From NCBI GenBank assembly GCA_037441485.1, contig JBBISD010000002.1, positions 2,058 through 66,057 on the forward strand: a DNA stretch of 64,000 bases, read 5' to 3'. Source of the DNA: Burkholderiales bacterium. Lineage in GTDB: Bacteria; Pseudomonadota; Gammaproteobacteria; Burkholderiales; Burkholderiaceae_F. Below are positions 40,082-52,143 of this stretch, piece after piece (within the stretch, counting starts at the first letter, position 1; every line of letters begins with the position of its first letter). Below the pieces are notes generated by a model. The model made no database searches, had not been told where the DNA came from, and saw only the letters and a program-made list of their open reading frames with translations. A program made the position numbers and the translations under genes.

Positions 40082-41140
40082 ATGTCCTGCCTGCTCCGCC
40101 AGAGCGTCTCCCTCCTTCCCCTGAACACCTTCGGCCTCGATGCACGGGCCGCGTGGTTCGCCCGCGTCGAGTCGGCCGATGACCTGCGCCAGCTGCTCGA
40201 CGACCCACGGGTGCGCGACCTGCCGCGCGTCGTGCTGGGCGGCGGCTCCAACGTCCTCTTTGCCGGCGATGTCGACGGCCTGGTGATCCAGCCGGCACCG
40301 CGCGGCATCGAGGACCTGGGCCTGCACGACGGGGCCCAGCGCATCCGGGTGGGCGCCGGCGAACCCTGGGCCGACGTGGTCGCCCGGCTGGTGCGGACCG
40401 GCATGCCGGGCCTGGAGAACCTCGCGCTGATCCCGGGCCTGACGGGGGCCGCCCCGATCCAGAACATAGGCGCCTACGGCCTGGAGCTGGCCGAGCGCCT
40501 GCACAGCGTGGCCGTCTGGGAGCCCGCCACGGGCGCGGTGCGTGAACTTACGCCGGACCAATGCGGGCTCGGCTATCGCGACAGCGCCTTCAAGCGCGAG
40601 TCCGCGTCCGGGGGCGCCGCGCGCCGCATCGTCCTGGGCCTGACGCTGCGCCTGCCGCGGCCCTGGACCGCCGTGACCGGCTATGCCGAACTCGAGCGCG
40701 AGCTGGCGCTGCGCGCCTGCCCGCAGCCCGGACCGGCGGATATCTTCGGCGCCGTCTGCGCGCTGCGCCAGCGCAAGCTGCCCGATCCGGCGATCACCGC
40801 CAACGCCGGCAGCTTCTTCAAGAATCCGATCGTCGACCGCGCGCAGCATGCCCAGCTCATCGAACGCTTTCCGTCCATCGTCAGCTATCCGCTGGCCGGC
40901 GGCCGCTTCAAGCTGGGGGCTGGCTGGATGATCGAGTCCTGCGCCCTCAAGGGCATGACGCGCGGGTCCGCGGCGGTCTACGAGGGCCAGGCGCTGGTGC
41001 TGGTCAACCGCGGCGGCGCCCGCAGCGCCGACGTGCTGCGCCTGGCGCGCGAGGTGCAGCAGCGCGTGCTCGACCGCTTCGGCGTGCGCCTGGAGCCCGA
41101 GGTGCAGATCATCGGCGGCAGCGGCGCCGAACTGCTGTAG
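40082..41140 (+). CDS. murB: UDP-N-acetylmuramate dehydrogenase
   Basis: [41 protein letters not shown]. Confidence 0.95.
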   Translation: MSCLLRQSVSLLPLNTFGLDARAAWFARVESADDLRQLLDDPRVRDLPRVVLGGGSNVLFAGDVDGLVIQPAPRGIEDLGLHDGAQRIRVGAGEPWADVVARLVRTGMPGLENLALIPGLTGAAPIQNIGAYGLELAERLHSVAVWEPATGAVRELTPDQCGLGYRDSAFKRESASGGAARRIVLGLTLRLPRPWTAVTGYAELERELALRACPQPGPADIFGAVCALRQRKLPDPAITANAGSFFKNPIVDRAQHAQLIERFPSIVSYPLAGGRFKLGAGWMIESCALKGMTRGSAAVYEGQALVLVNRGGARSADVLRLAREVQQRVLDRFGVRLEPEVQIIGGSGAELL

Positions 41141-41162
41141 CGGCACGCGGACAGGCGTTGCG

Positions 41163-41200
41163 CCTTCCCCCCTCCCCGCGGGAGAGGGCCGGGGTGAGGG
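41163..41200 (-). repeat. REP/BoxC-like intergenic element
   Basis: Minus strand CCCTCACCCCGGCCCTCTCCCGCGGGGAGGGGGGAAGG between convergent murB and bciA. Confidence 0.65.
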
Positions 41201-41203
41201 TCG

Positions 41204-42232
41204 TCAAAACACCGCATGGTCCCCGCGTTCCGGCCCCGCCGCGCCGTTGACGAGCCGCGCATAAAACTCGAACAGCGTTTCGGTTCCGGCAGACGGCGTC
41301 GCCGCCGCGTCGTAGCGGCCCGTCACCGGATCGAGCACCAGCATCGATTCGGTCGCGTAATACCGGCCGATGCGCGCCAGCTCGGCCTTGTCGGCCAGCG
41401 CCGGGACGATGCGCCCGAGCATGCCCAGACCGCCGGCAATCGCGTCGAGCATACCCACCGGCACCTGCCGCAGGCGCGGCGCCCGCCCCAGCAGCGCGAA
41501 CAGGTGTTCGCCCTGTTGCCGCGGCGTTATGGCCGCGCCGGGTCCGCCAATGGGCAGCACCCGGTTGCGCCGCTGCGGATCGTCCAGGCAGTCGGCGATA
41601 TAGGCCGCGAGGTCGCCGTCGCTGATCGGCTTGCACGCCGTCAGCGTGCCGTCGCCGAACACCAGGAAGGGACGGCCGCGCCGGACCCGATCAACCTGGC
41701 CGGACAGCGACTTGAAGAACGCCGTGGGTCGCACGATGGAATAGGCCAGGCCCGATCCGGCAAGCAGCGTCTCGAACGCCAGCTTCGCCTGCTGGAACGC
41801 CAGCAGCGGCTTTTGCACGCATATGGCCGACAGCAGCACGAACTGCCGCACGCCGGCCGCGCGCGCGGCGTCCAGTACGTGCGCGTGCGCCTGGTAGTCG
41901 ATCGCCCACGCGTCCCGCGGCGCACCCGTGCGCGACGCCAGGCAGGACACGACCGCATCGAAAGGTTCGCCGCGAAATCCGTCGCGTGCCAGCGATGCCG
42001 GATCGCGCACGTCGCCGAAGCGGACGGCGGCGCCGGCCAGCAGTTGCGCGCTGTCGTCCGGCTGCAGCCGGCCGCCGACGCCGGCACGCGGGCGCACGAA
42101 GCACACGACCTCGTGGCCGCGTACGACCAGCGCGCGCGCGGTTGCCTGGCCGATGGTGCCGGTGGCCCCCAGCAGCAGCACGCGCCGGCGCACGGCGGGT
42201 GCAGCCAGGACCGAAGTCGATGCCAGAGTCAT
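41204..42232 (-). CDS. bciA: 3,8-divinyl (proto)chlorophyllide 8-vinyl reductase, NADPH-dependent
   Basis: GATGTIG, SCLASRTG, LSAICVQKP, RPTAFFKSL, CKPIS, RIGRYYATESM. Confidence 0.9.
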   Translation of the reverse strand: MTLASTSVLAAPAVRRRVLLLGATGTIGQATARALVVRGHEVVCFVRPRAGVGGRLQPDDSAQLLAGAAVRFGDVRDPASLARDGFRGEPFDAVVSCLASRTGAPRDAWAIDYQAHAHVLDAARAAGVRQFVLLSAICVQKPLLAFQQAKLAFETLLAGSGLAYSIVRPTAFFKSLSGQVDRVRRGRPFLVFGDGTLTACKPISDGDLAAYIADCLDDPQRRNRVLPIGGPGAAITPRQQGEHLFALLGRAPRLRQVPVGMLDAIAGGLGMLGRIVPALADKAELARIGRYYATESMLVLDPVTGRYDAAATPSAGTETLFEFYARLVNGAAGPERGDHAVF

Positions 42233-42406
42233 GACGGGTTCCCGATGGCCGCTACGGCAGGCGCCGATACAAGTGATTACAGCCTGAGGGGCAAAGTTAC
42301 CGAAAATCGGTGAGCGCTTGGGTGGTTTGGCGCGTTAATCGAAGCACGGTCGCGACCGTCGCGGCCTTAACCCTGCAGAAATTGCTGGCAATTCGAGGAG
42401 AACGTC

Positions 42407-42745
42407 ATGCCGAATCGCACCCGCACGCTCGTATCGATCGTCCTTTTGTCGGCATTCGCCGCCGCCGCCGGCAACGCGCTGGCCGATGAAACCCAGTGGG
42501 ACAAGACCCATCCCCGCCGTGACCAGGTCAATGACCGCCTGGCCAATCAGAACCAGCGCACCAACCAGGAAGCGCGGCAGGGCGAGATCTCCCCGGCCAA
42601 GGCGGCCAGGCTGCACAAGGAAGACCGGCAGATCCGCAAGGAAGAGCGCGCCATGGCCTCGCAGAACAATGGCCACATCACCAAGCAGGAGCAGCGCACG
42701 CTCAACCAGCAGGAGAACGCGGTCAGCCGGCAGATCGGGCACTGA
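42407..42745 (+). CDS. Hypothetical secreted Gln/Asn/Arg-rich helical protein
   Basis: GAGGAG SD, signal peptide ending ALA, HPRRDQVNDRL, GHIT repeat-like segment. Confidence 0.75.
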   Translation: MPNRTRTLVSIVLLSAFAAAAGNALADETQWDKTHPRRDQVNDRLANQNQRTNQEARQGEISPAKAARLHKEDRQIRKEERAMASQNNGHITKQEQRTLNQQENAVSRQIGH

Positions 42746-42808
42746 TCCGCGCGCCCCGCGGGGACGGTGCCGGCGCCACCGGCGGCCGTCACCGCTCCCG
42801 GCGCGGCC

Positions 42809-44029
42809 TCAGCGGCGCGAGAACGTGAGCGGGCCGCGCAGCCGCAGCACAACCAGCGCGGCGATCGAGAACAGCGCCCCGGCGGCAAAGGTCGACGGCG
42901 CACCGTACCGGTCCCACAGCGCGCCGGCGATCGCGCTTGCCAGGAGCACCGCCATCCCGCTGGCCAGGTTGAAGCAACCGAATGCGGTGCCGCGCAGGTC
43001 GGCGGGCGCGGTGTCCGCCACCATGGTCGCCAGCAGACCCTGGGTGATGCCCATGTGCAGGCCCCAGAGCGCGATTCCGGCCCAGACCCAGGCCGGGTGG
43101 GCCGACTGTGCCAGCAGCAGGTCGGCGCCGATGAGCACCAGCAGTCCGAGCGCCAGCAGCGTGCCGTGGTCGACGCGGTCGGACAGGGCGCCGAACGGAT
43201 AGGCCGCCAGCGCGTAGACCAGGTTCATGCCGATAAGCACCAGGGGTGTCAGTGCCAGCGGCAGGCCGCCCTGGTTGGCGCGCAGTACGAGAAACGCCTC
43301 GCTGAAGCGTGCCAGCGTGAAGACCGCGCCGATGCCCACCACCCACCAGTAGCGACCGGACAGCCGGCGCAGGTTTTCGAGCCGCAACGGGTTGACCACC
43401 GGCCGGGCCGCGTGCTCCGCCGGTTCGCGCACGCCGACCATCAGCAATCCGACGGCGAGGAAGGCCGGGATGACGGCCACGCGGAACGCCGCCCGGAAGT
43501 CACTGGCCCACAGGAACATCAACACCATGGCCAGCAGCGGACCGAGAAAGGCGCCAACCGTGTCCAGTGCCTGGCGCAGGCCGAACGCCGCGCCGCGCAC
43601 CGCGGCCGGGGCGATGTCGGCCACCAGTGCATCGCGCGGCGCGTCGCGGATGCCCTTGCCGATGCGGTCGGTCAGCCGGGCGCCGAGTATCCAGCCGGCG
43701 GTCGGCGCCAGGGCAAACAGCGGCTTGGAGAGCGCGCCCAGCCCGTAGCCGAGCAGGGCCAGCGGCTTGCGCCTGCCCCAGGCGTCGGAGAGAACGCCCG
43801 AGAAGACCTTGACGATCAGTGCCGTGGCTTCCCCCGCGCCTTCGATGAGGCCTACCGCAAGGGCGCTGGCGCCCAGGGTCGTGACGAGGAAGACCGGCAG
43901 CAGGCTGTGGATGAGTTCCGAGGAGACGTCCATCAGCAGGCTGACGGCGCCCAGCGCCCAGACGGCGGCGGGGATGCGTGCCGGTGCGTGATCCGCGCCC
44001 TGGCTGGGAGCCGGCCCGTTTGACTTCAC
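42809..44029 (-). CDS. MFS transporter
   Basis: SLLMDVSSE, SDAWGRRK, DRIGKGIRDAPRDA, about 12 TM segments. Confidence 0.9.
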   Translation of the reverse strand: MKSNGPAPSQGADHAPARIPAAVWALGAVSLLMDVSSELIHSLLPVFLVTTLGASALAVGLIEGAGEATALIVKVFSGVLSDAWGRRKPLALLGYGLGALSKPLFALAPTAGWILGARLTDRIGKGIRDAPRDALVADIAPAAVRGAAFGLRQALDTVGAFLGPLLAMVLMFLWASDFRAAFRVAVIPAFLAVGLLMVGVREPAEHAARPVVNPLRLENLRRLSGRYWWVVGIGAVFTLARFSEAFLVLRANQGGLPLALTPLVLIGMNLVYALAAYPFGALSDRVDHGTLLALGLLVLIGADLLLAQSAHPAWVWAGIALWGLHMGITQGLLATMVADTAPADLRGTAFGCFNLASGMAVLLASAIAGALWDRYGAPSTFAAGALFSIAALVVLRLRGPLTFSRR

Positions 44030-44122
44030 GCACGGATTCTAGCGGTTGATGGATGCATACACGCGCAGGCAAGTTCCGCACGCGCATCCGCACGGCGCTT
44101 GCATGCCGGGTTTAGCAGCGAC

Positions 44123-45001
44123 TCAGGGCATCTGGGCGACGTCCACCGGCGCTTGGCGTGCCCCGAGCACCGTCCCGACGGACGCCGCGACGATCGCCAC
44201 GATGGCCAGCCACTGCGGCGCGTCCAGGTGCTCGCCGAGCAGGGCGAGGCCGAGCAGCGCGCCCACCGCCGGCTCGATGCTCATCAGGATGCCCACGGTG
44301 CGCGCCGGCAGGCGCGTCAGCGCGTACATCTCCAGCGAATACGGCAGCGCCGAACTGAGCGCCGCCACGCCCAGCGCGCAGGGCAGCGCGGCCGGCGACA
44401 GCAGTGCCGCGCCGGCATGTGCAATGCCCACCGGCACGGCGACCAGCGCGCCGATTGCCAGGCCCAGCGCGACCGTGTCGGCGCCGAAGGCCGCACCGGC
44501 GCGGCGGCCCAGCAGGATGTAGCTGGCCCAGCCGACGGCCGAGCCCATCGCGTACAGCACGCCGGTGCCATCGAGCGCACGGGCCTGCGCCGGCCAGGGC
44601 AGCAGCAGGACGAGTCCGACCAGCACCAGGCCGGCCCAGAGCAGGTCCCGCAGGCGCCGGGACCCGGCAAAGGCGATCGCCAGCGGACCCAGGAATTCCA
44701 GCGCCACCGCGATGCCCAGCGGGATCGTGCGCAGCGCCATGTAGAAGCACAGGTTCATCAGGCCGAGCGTGAGCCCGTAGCCCCACAGCCAGGGCCAGCC
44801 GGCGCGACCCGACAGGTGCCGCCACGGCCGCCGCACCAGCCACAGCAGCAGCGTCCCCAGGCCCAGGCGCACGGCGGTCGCGCCCTGCGCACCCATGAGC
44901 GGATAAAGCTGCTTGGCCAGCACCGCGCCGCACTGGAACGAGAGCATCGCCAGCAGCAGCGCGCCGACCGGGACCAGGGGCGAATCGCGATGCAAAGGCA
45001 T
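44123..45001 (-). CDS. rhtA: RhtA-like EamA amino acid exporter
   Basis: IPLGIAVALEFLGPL, SSALPYSLEMYAL, MSIEPA. Confidence 0.82.
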   Translation of the reverse strand: MPLHRDSPLVPVGALLLAMLSFQCGAVLAKQLYPLMGAQGATAVRLGLGTLLLWLVRRPWRHLSGRAGWPWLWGYGLTLGLMNLCFYMALRTIPLGIAVALEFLGPLAIAFAGSRRLRDLLWAGLVLVGLVLLLPWPAQARALDGTGVLYAMGSAVGWASYILLGRRAGAAFGADTVALGLAIGALVAVPVGIAHAGAALLSPAALPCALGVAALSSALPYSLEMYALTRLPARTVGILMSIEPAVGALLGLALLGEHLDAPQWLAIVAIVAASVGTVLGARQAPVDVAQMP

Positions 45002-45073
45002 GGCGCGGCGGCGGGCCGTGCGCCGCCGTGCACCCCGGCACCGCCGCGCAGGCCGGGCCGGGGGCAGGGCGCG

Positions 45074-46408
<1,335 letters not shown>

Positions 46409-46472
46409 CGTACTTGCCTCCGAATGTCACCCGTTCGACGGATCGCCGTCACCCATGTTGCTGTTCCTGCGC

Positions 46473-47399
<927 letters not shown>

Positions 47400-47406
47400 G
47401 ATGGTG

Positions 47407-49464
47407 CTATTTTGCCGCGCGGCGCGGCGCCGCGCGCGCGCGCCGGGCCTTGCGCGCGGGGGCGGCGCCGAAGCCGCCCAGGCGCGCCTCTTCGTCGGCG
47501 TCGAGCACGCGGATGGCCGGAAGGTAGCCCTGGAACACCACGCCGTGCAATTCCACGTTGCCGTAGACGCGCAGCGTGCGCACCAGGAACTCGACGACCT
47601 TCTCGTTGATGCGCTGCCCCGGCACCAGCACCGGAATGCCCGGCGGGTAGGGCACGATCTGGTCGGCGCAGACCCGCCCGACCAGGCGCGGATTGACCTG
47701 CTCGTTGTCGTCGAGCAGCCCGACCAGCTCGCCAGTGCTGTAGTAGGCGTCGCGCGGCAGGCAGCACAGCTCGGTGAACGGCGGCAGCACCGGGGCGCGG
47801 TACAGGCGCCGGGGCGCGCGCCGCTCGTGGGCGATGCGCCGCAGCGCGTCGTACAGGCGCGAGCACTTGGAGCGCGTCGTGCCGATCGTCAGCAGCAGCG
47901 TGATGGTGTTGAAGGTGGACTTCTCGACCGTGATGTTGAAGCGGTTGAAGAGTTCGTCGCGCAGTTCGTCCACCGTCAGGCCGCAGGCCGAGATGTCCAC
48001 CGTGATCTTGGTCGGGTCGAGGCGGATCTGGTCGCCCTTGACCTCGTCGGGCAGCAGCTCGTCCAGCGGCAGCGCCCGGAAGGCGCCGGTCGAGTCGATC
48101 TGCTCGCGCAGCTCGGCGGCCAGCGCCAGCGTGCGCTGCAGCAGCTTGTAGCCTTCCATGACCGCCTGGCGGCGCCCCACGTCCAGGCTGGCGATCATGC
48201 TGTACATCGGGCTGGTCGACGTATGCATGTTGAAGTTCTCGCGGAAGATGTGGTCGTCCAGGTCCGGATCGTTGACGTGGATCAGCGCGCCCTGCGAGAA
48301 GGCCGACAGCGTCTTGTGGGCCGACTGGGTCACGTAGTCGGCGCCGGCCTCGAGCGCCGTGGGACGCAGGTCCGGATGAAAGCGCGCGTGGCTGAACCAG
48401 GCCTCGTCGATCAGTACCTTGATGCCGCGCGCGTGCGCAGCCTCGACGATGGGGCGCAGTTCGTAGCGCAGGCCGTCGTAGGTGCAGCTGGTGAGCACCA
48501 GCAGGCGCGCGTCGGGGTGCGCGGCGATGCCGGCCAGCACGGTGGCCCGCGGAACCGGTCCGAAGATGCCGTATTGCCGGTTGACGCTCGAGTCCAGGTA
48601 TACCGGCCGCGCCCCGGACAGCACCACGCCGTGGTGGATCGACTTGTGGCAGTTGCGGTCGAGCAGCAGCTTGTCGCCGGGGCGCACCAGGGTCTGCAGG
48701 ATGACCTTGTTGGCCGTCGACGTGCCGTTGGTGGCGAACAGCGTGCGGCGCGCCCCGAAGGCCTTGGCGGCCATTTGCTGCGCCTCGGCGATGACGCCGA
48801 CCGGTTCCATCAGCGAGTCGAGCGCCTTCACCGACACGGACAGGTCGGTGGTGAAGACGTTCTCGCCCATGAACTGGTAGAAGTCGTCCACCCAGGGGCT
48901 GCCGCGCAGCGAATCGCCGCTGAAGTGCCCGGGGGTGTGCCACGCGTCCTTGGCCGAAGCCACGTACGAGCGCAGCGCGTCGAAGAACGGCGTGCGGGCG
49001 CGCTCGGCGACCTGGGCGTTGAGGATGCGGAACATGCCGCGGTAGTCGTGCTCCTCGCGGTAAAAGTAGCCGTGCACCGCATCGGCGAACAGCGGTTCGG
49101 CGCCCTGGTCGGCGGTGGCCCGCTCGATCAGCACGTAGATTTCGAGTTCGGGGCGCAGCGCGGAGATCTGCTGCACCAGGTTGGCGGGGGCGTCGGCGGC
49201 GGCACGCCGGTCGCGGCGTTTGCGGCCCGCGCCGCCCGCGGCAGGGGCCGACGCGGCCGCCAGCTTGTCGTCGACGATGACCAGCTGCACGTCGCCGTCG
49301 TCGCGGATCCGCTCCAGGGCCTCGCGGGGCGTGGCGGTGCCGACGAACGAGATGCCGAAGGGGTTGTCCTGCGAACGCGCGGCCGCGTTCAGCCCCTTGA
49401 GAAGTTCCTTGAGTATGAGAGGGTCGTCGTTGATGACGACGACCCTGGATGCCGGCTTGGGCAT
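47407..49464 (-). CDS. PLP-dependent Orn/Lys/Arg decarboxylase with an N-terminal receiver-like domain
   Basis: HTPGH, NGTSTANK, DRNCHKS, TYDG, DEAW, QSAHK (PLP Lys), STSP, PYPPGIP. Confidence 0.9.
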   Translation of the reverse strand: MPKPASRVVVINDDPLILKELLKGLNAAARSQDNPFGISFVGTATPREALERIRDDGDVQLVIVDDKLAAASAPAAGGAGRKRRDRRAAADAPANLVQQISALRPELEIYVLIERATADQGAEPLFADAVHGYFYREEHDYRGMFRILNAQVAERARTPFFDALRSYVASAKDAWHTPGHFSGDSLRGSPWVDDFYQFMGENVFTTDLSVSVKALDSLMEPVGVIAEAQQMAAKAFGARRTLFATNGTSTANKVILQTLVRPGDKLLLDRNCHKSIHHGVVLSGARPVYLDSSVNRQYGIFGPVPRATVLAGIAAHPDARLLVLTSCTYDGLRYELRPIVEAAHARGIKVLIDEAWFSHARFHPDLRPTALEAGADYVTQSAHKTLSAFSQGALIHVNDPDLDDHIFRENFNMHTSTSPMYSMIASLDVGRRQAVMEGYKLLQRTLALAAELREQIDSTGAFRALPLDELLPDEVKGDQIRLDPTKITVDISACGLTVDELRDELFNRFNITVEKSTFNTITLLLTIGTTRSKCSRLYDALRRIAHERRAPRRLYRAPVLPPFTELCCLPRDAYYSTGELVGLLDDNEQVNPRLVGRVCADQIVPYPPGIPVLVPGQRINEKVVEFLVRTLRVYGNVELHGVVFQGYLPAIRVLDADEEARLGGFGAAPARKARRARAAPRRAAK

Positions 49465-49504
49465 GCGCGGGTTGCCGCGCTCCAGGGCGGCAGGGGCCTG
49501 ACGG

Positions 49505-49768
49505 TCAGGCCATCGCCTTGACGGCGGCGGCCAGGCGGCTCTTGTTGCGGGCCGCGGCGTTCTTGTGCACGAGCTTCTTGTCGGCGATCGAGTCGATCAC
49601 GCTCATCGAACGGCGCAGCGTCTCGGCCGCGGCGGCCTTGTCGCCGGCGGCAACCGCCTTGCGCACGGTCTTGATGGCGGTGCGCAGGCGCGAGCGCTGG
49701 GCGGCGCCCTGGGCGTTGCGGGCGCGGGCCTGGAGCGCCCGCTTCTTGGCCTGTTTGGTATTTGCCAT
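49505..49768 (-). CDS. rpsT: 30S ribosomal protein S20
   Basis: [31 protein letters not shown]. Confidence 0.96.
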   Translation of the reverse strand: MANTKQAKKRALQARARNAQGAAQRSRLRTAIKTVRKAVAAGDKAAAAETLRRSMSVIDSIADKKLVHKNAAARNKSRLAAAVKAMA

Positions 49769-49951
49769 GCCAAATCCTCTTGGGGTATGCGGTACTGCGT
49801 GTTCGGTGCCGCCCGATGCGGCGCTCGCTGCGGCCCGGCGTGCGCCGCGGTACTTTGCGCGGCGGACAACGTGCAGCAAAGCTTTACACTATAACAGAAT
49901 GATCCCTATAAAACCAGTGATTTGGCCCGCCCCGGCGGCGCCGGCGCCCCG

Positions 49952-51499
49952 GTGAACCTGCTGCGGGCGGCCGCCCGCATCAGCGGGCTGACCATGCTCT
50001 CGCGCATCACCGGCCTGGCACGCGACCTGCTCATCGCCCGGGTGTTCGGCGCCGGCGCCGAGATGGATGCCTTCACGGTCGCCTTCCGCATTCCCAACCT
50101 GTTGCGCCGGCTGTTCGCCGAAGGGGCCTTCGCCCAGGCCTTCGTGCCGATTTTCGCCGAGGTCAAGTTCAGCCAGGGCCCGGAGCGCACCCGGCTGCTG
50201 CTGTCGCACGTCTTCTCGGGCCTGTTCTGGGTGCTGCTGGCGGTCTCCGTGCTGGGCGTGCTGGCCGCGCCGCTGCTGGTGGCCGGCATCGCCACCGGCT
50301 TTGCGCACTCGGTGTCCTTCGACCTGGCTACGCTGCTGACGCGCTGGATGTTCCCGTACATCTTCTTCATGTCGCTGATCGCCTGTGCCGGCGGGGTCCT
50401 CAATGCCTACGGTCGCTTCGCCGTGCCGGCCTTCACGCCGGTGCTGCTGAACGTCTCCATGATCGGGCTCACGCTGCTGCTGGGCCGCCGGCTGGATCCG
50501 CCGGTGCTGGTACTCGGCGTGGCGGTGCTGCTGGGCGGCGCGCTGCAGCTGGCCATGCAGCTGCCGGCGCTGGCCCGCATCGGCATGCTGCCCCGGATCG
50601 GCGGCGTGCGCGAGGCCTTTGCCGACCCGGTGGTCCGGCGCATCCTGCGCCAGATGCTGCCAGCCGTATTCGCCGTTTCCGTGGCGCAGCTCAGCCTGAT
50701 CATCAACACCAATATCGCCTCGCGCCTGGGAACCGGCAGCAACGCGTGGCTCTACTACGCCGACCGCCTGATGGAACTGCCCACGGCGCTGCTGGGCGTG
50801 GCCATCGGCACCGTGCTGCTGCCCAACCTGTCCAGGGCGCACGCGGCCGCGCAGACCGAGCATTACCGCGAACTGCTCGACTGGGGCCTGCGGCTGACCT
50901 GCCTGCTGGCGCTGCCAGCGGCCCTTGGCCTGGCGATGCTGGCCGACGGCCTGATCGGTGCGCTGTTCCAGGGCGGGCGCTTCACGCCCAACGACGTCGC
51001 GCAGTCGGCGGCGGCACTGCGCGGCTACGCCGGCGGCCTGCTCGGGATCATCGGCATCAAGATCCTGGCGCCGGGCTTTTATGCCCGGCAGGACATCCGC
51101 ACGCCGGTGCGCATCGGCCTGCTGGTCCTGGTGGCGACGCAGGCAATGAACCTGCTGCTGGTGCCCTGGCTGGCCCATGCCGGCCTGGCCTGGTCGATCA
51201 GCCTCGGGGCCCTGGGCAACAGCGCCATGCTGCTATGGGGACTGCACCAGCGCGGCATCTATTCGCCGGGTCCGCAGTGGCGCGGGTTTTCCTGGCGCCT
51301 GCTGCTGGCGCTTGCGGGGCTGGCCGGTGCACTGCTGGCGGCCAAGTGGGCATGGCCATACGAGCGCGTCGCCGGCGCCGCCTGGCCGATGCGCGGCGCG
51401 TGGCTGGCGGCCGCGATCGGCTCGGCCGCCGCCGTCTACGCCGGCATGCTGTGGCTGCTGGGCTTTCGGCCGCGCGACGTCATCCTGCGGACGACGTGA
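49952..51499 (+). CDS. murJ: Lipid II flippase
   Basis: SRITGLARD, PNLLRRLFAEGAF, YYADRLMELP. Confidence 0.95.
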   Translation: MNLLRAAARISGLTMLSRITGLARDLLIARVFGAGAEMDAFTVAFRIPNLLRRLFAEGAFAQAFVPIFAEVKFSQGPERTRLLLSHVFSGLFWVLLAVSVLGVLAAPLLVAGIATGFAHSVSFDLATLLTRWMFPYIFFMSLIACAGGVLNAYGRFAVPAFTPVLLNVSMIGLTLLLGRRLDPPVLVLGVAVLLGGALQLAMQLPALARIGMLPRIGGVREAFADPVVRRILRQMLPAVFAVSVAQLSLIINTNIASRLGTGSNAWLYYADRLMELPTALLGVAIGTVLLPNLSRAHAAAQTEHYRELLDWGLRLTCLLALPAALGLAMLADGLIGALFQGGRFTPNDVAQSAAALRGYAGGLLGIIGIKILAPGFYARQDIRTPVRIGLLVLVATQAMNLLLVPWLAHAGLAWSISLGALGNSAMLLWGLHQRGIYSPGPQWRGFSWRLLLALAGLAGALLAAKWAWPYERVAGAAWPMRGAWLAAAIGSAAAVYAGMLWLLGFRPRDVILRTT

Positions 51500-51514
51500 C
51501 GCGAGTCCGAATCC

Positions 51515-52021
51515 TCAACCGATCTGCCGCAGCAATGTCTGCGCGTCGCTGATCTCGAGCTTGCCGCCTTTTTCGACGTTGAGCTGCTTGACCACGCCGT
51601 CGTCGACCAGCATAGAGAAGCGCTGGCAGCGCACGCCCAGACCGCCGGCGCTGAGGTCGAACTCCAGCCCCAGCAGCTTGGTATAGGCGGCCGCGCCGTC
51701 GGCAATCATGCGGATCCTGCCGCCGACCTTCTGGTCGCGGCCCCACGCGCCCATGACAAAGGCGTCGTTGACGGAAAAGCACCAGATCTCGTCGATGCCC
51801 TTGGCCTTGAGTGCGTCATGGTTGGCGAGGTAGCCCGGGACGTGCTGCGCCGAGCAGGTCGGCGTGTAGGCGCCCGGCAGGCCGAAGATGGCGATCTTCT
51901 TGCCGCGGACGAGGTCCTGCACCGCGAAGGTGTTGGGTCCGATCGAGCAGCCGGCCGACTCGACTTCCACGTATTCCTGAACCTTGCCATCGGGCAGCTT
52001 GTCGCCCACCTTGATCGTCAT
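51515..52021 (-). CDS. Peroxiredoxin (Prx5 type)
   Basis: PGAYTPTCSAQH, SVNDAFVM. Confidence 0.92.
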   Translation of the reverse strand: MTIKVGDKLPDGKVQEYVEVESAGCSIGPNTFAVQDLVRGKKIAIFGLPGAYTPTCSAQHVPGYLANHDALKAKGIDEIWCFSVNDAFVMGAWGRDQKVGGRIRMIADGAAAYTKLLGLEFDLSAGGLGVRCQRFSMLVDDGVVKQLNVEKGGKLEISDAQTLLRQIG

Positions 52022-52143
52022 CGTGCTTCTCCTTCGTCATGAACGGAAAATCGGCCGTGCGCCGCGTCCAGCGCCAAGTCTACGCGTGCCCCGTGGCCGA
52101 ATCCTTGATCTGCGCAGGGTTTACCGGGTGCGGCCGGCGGGCC

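Noticed and set aside
52105-52118. Possible FNR box upstream of the peroxiredoxin gene
   Set aside because: Only the TTGAT half-site matches
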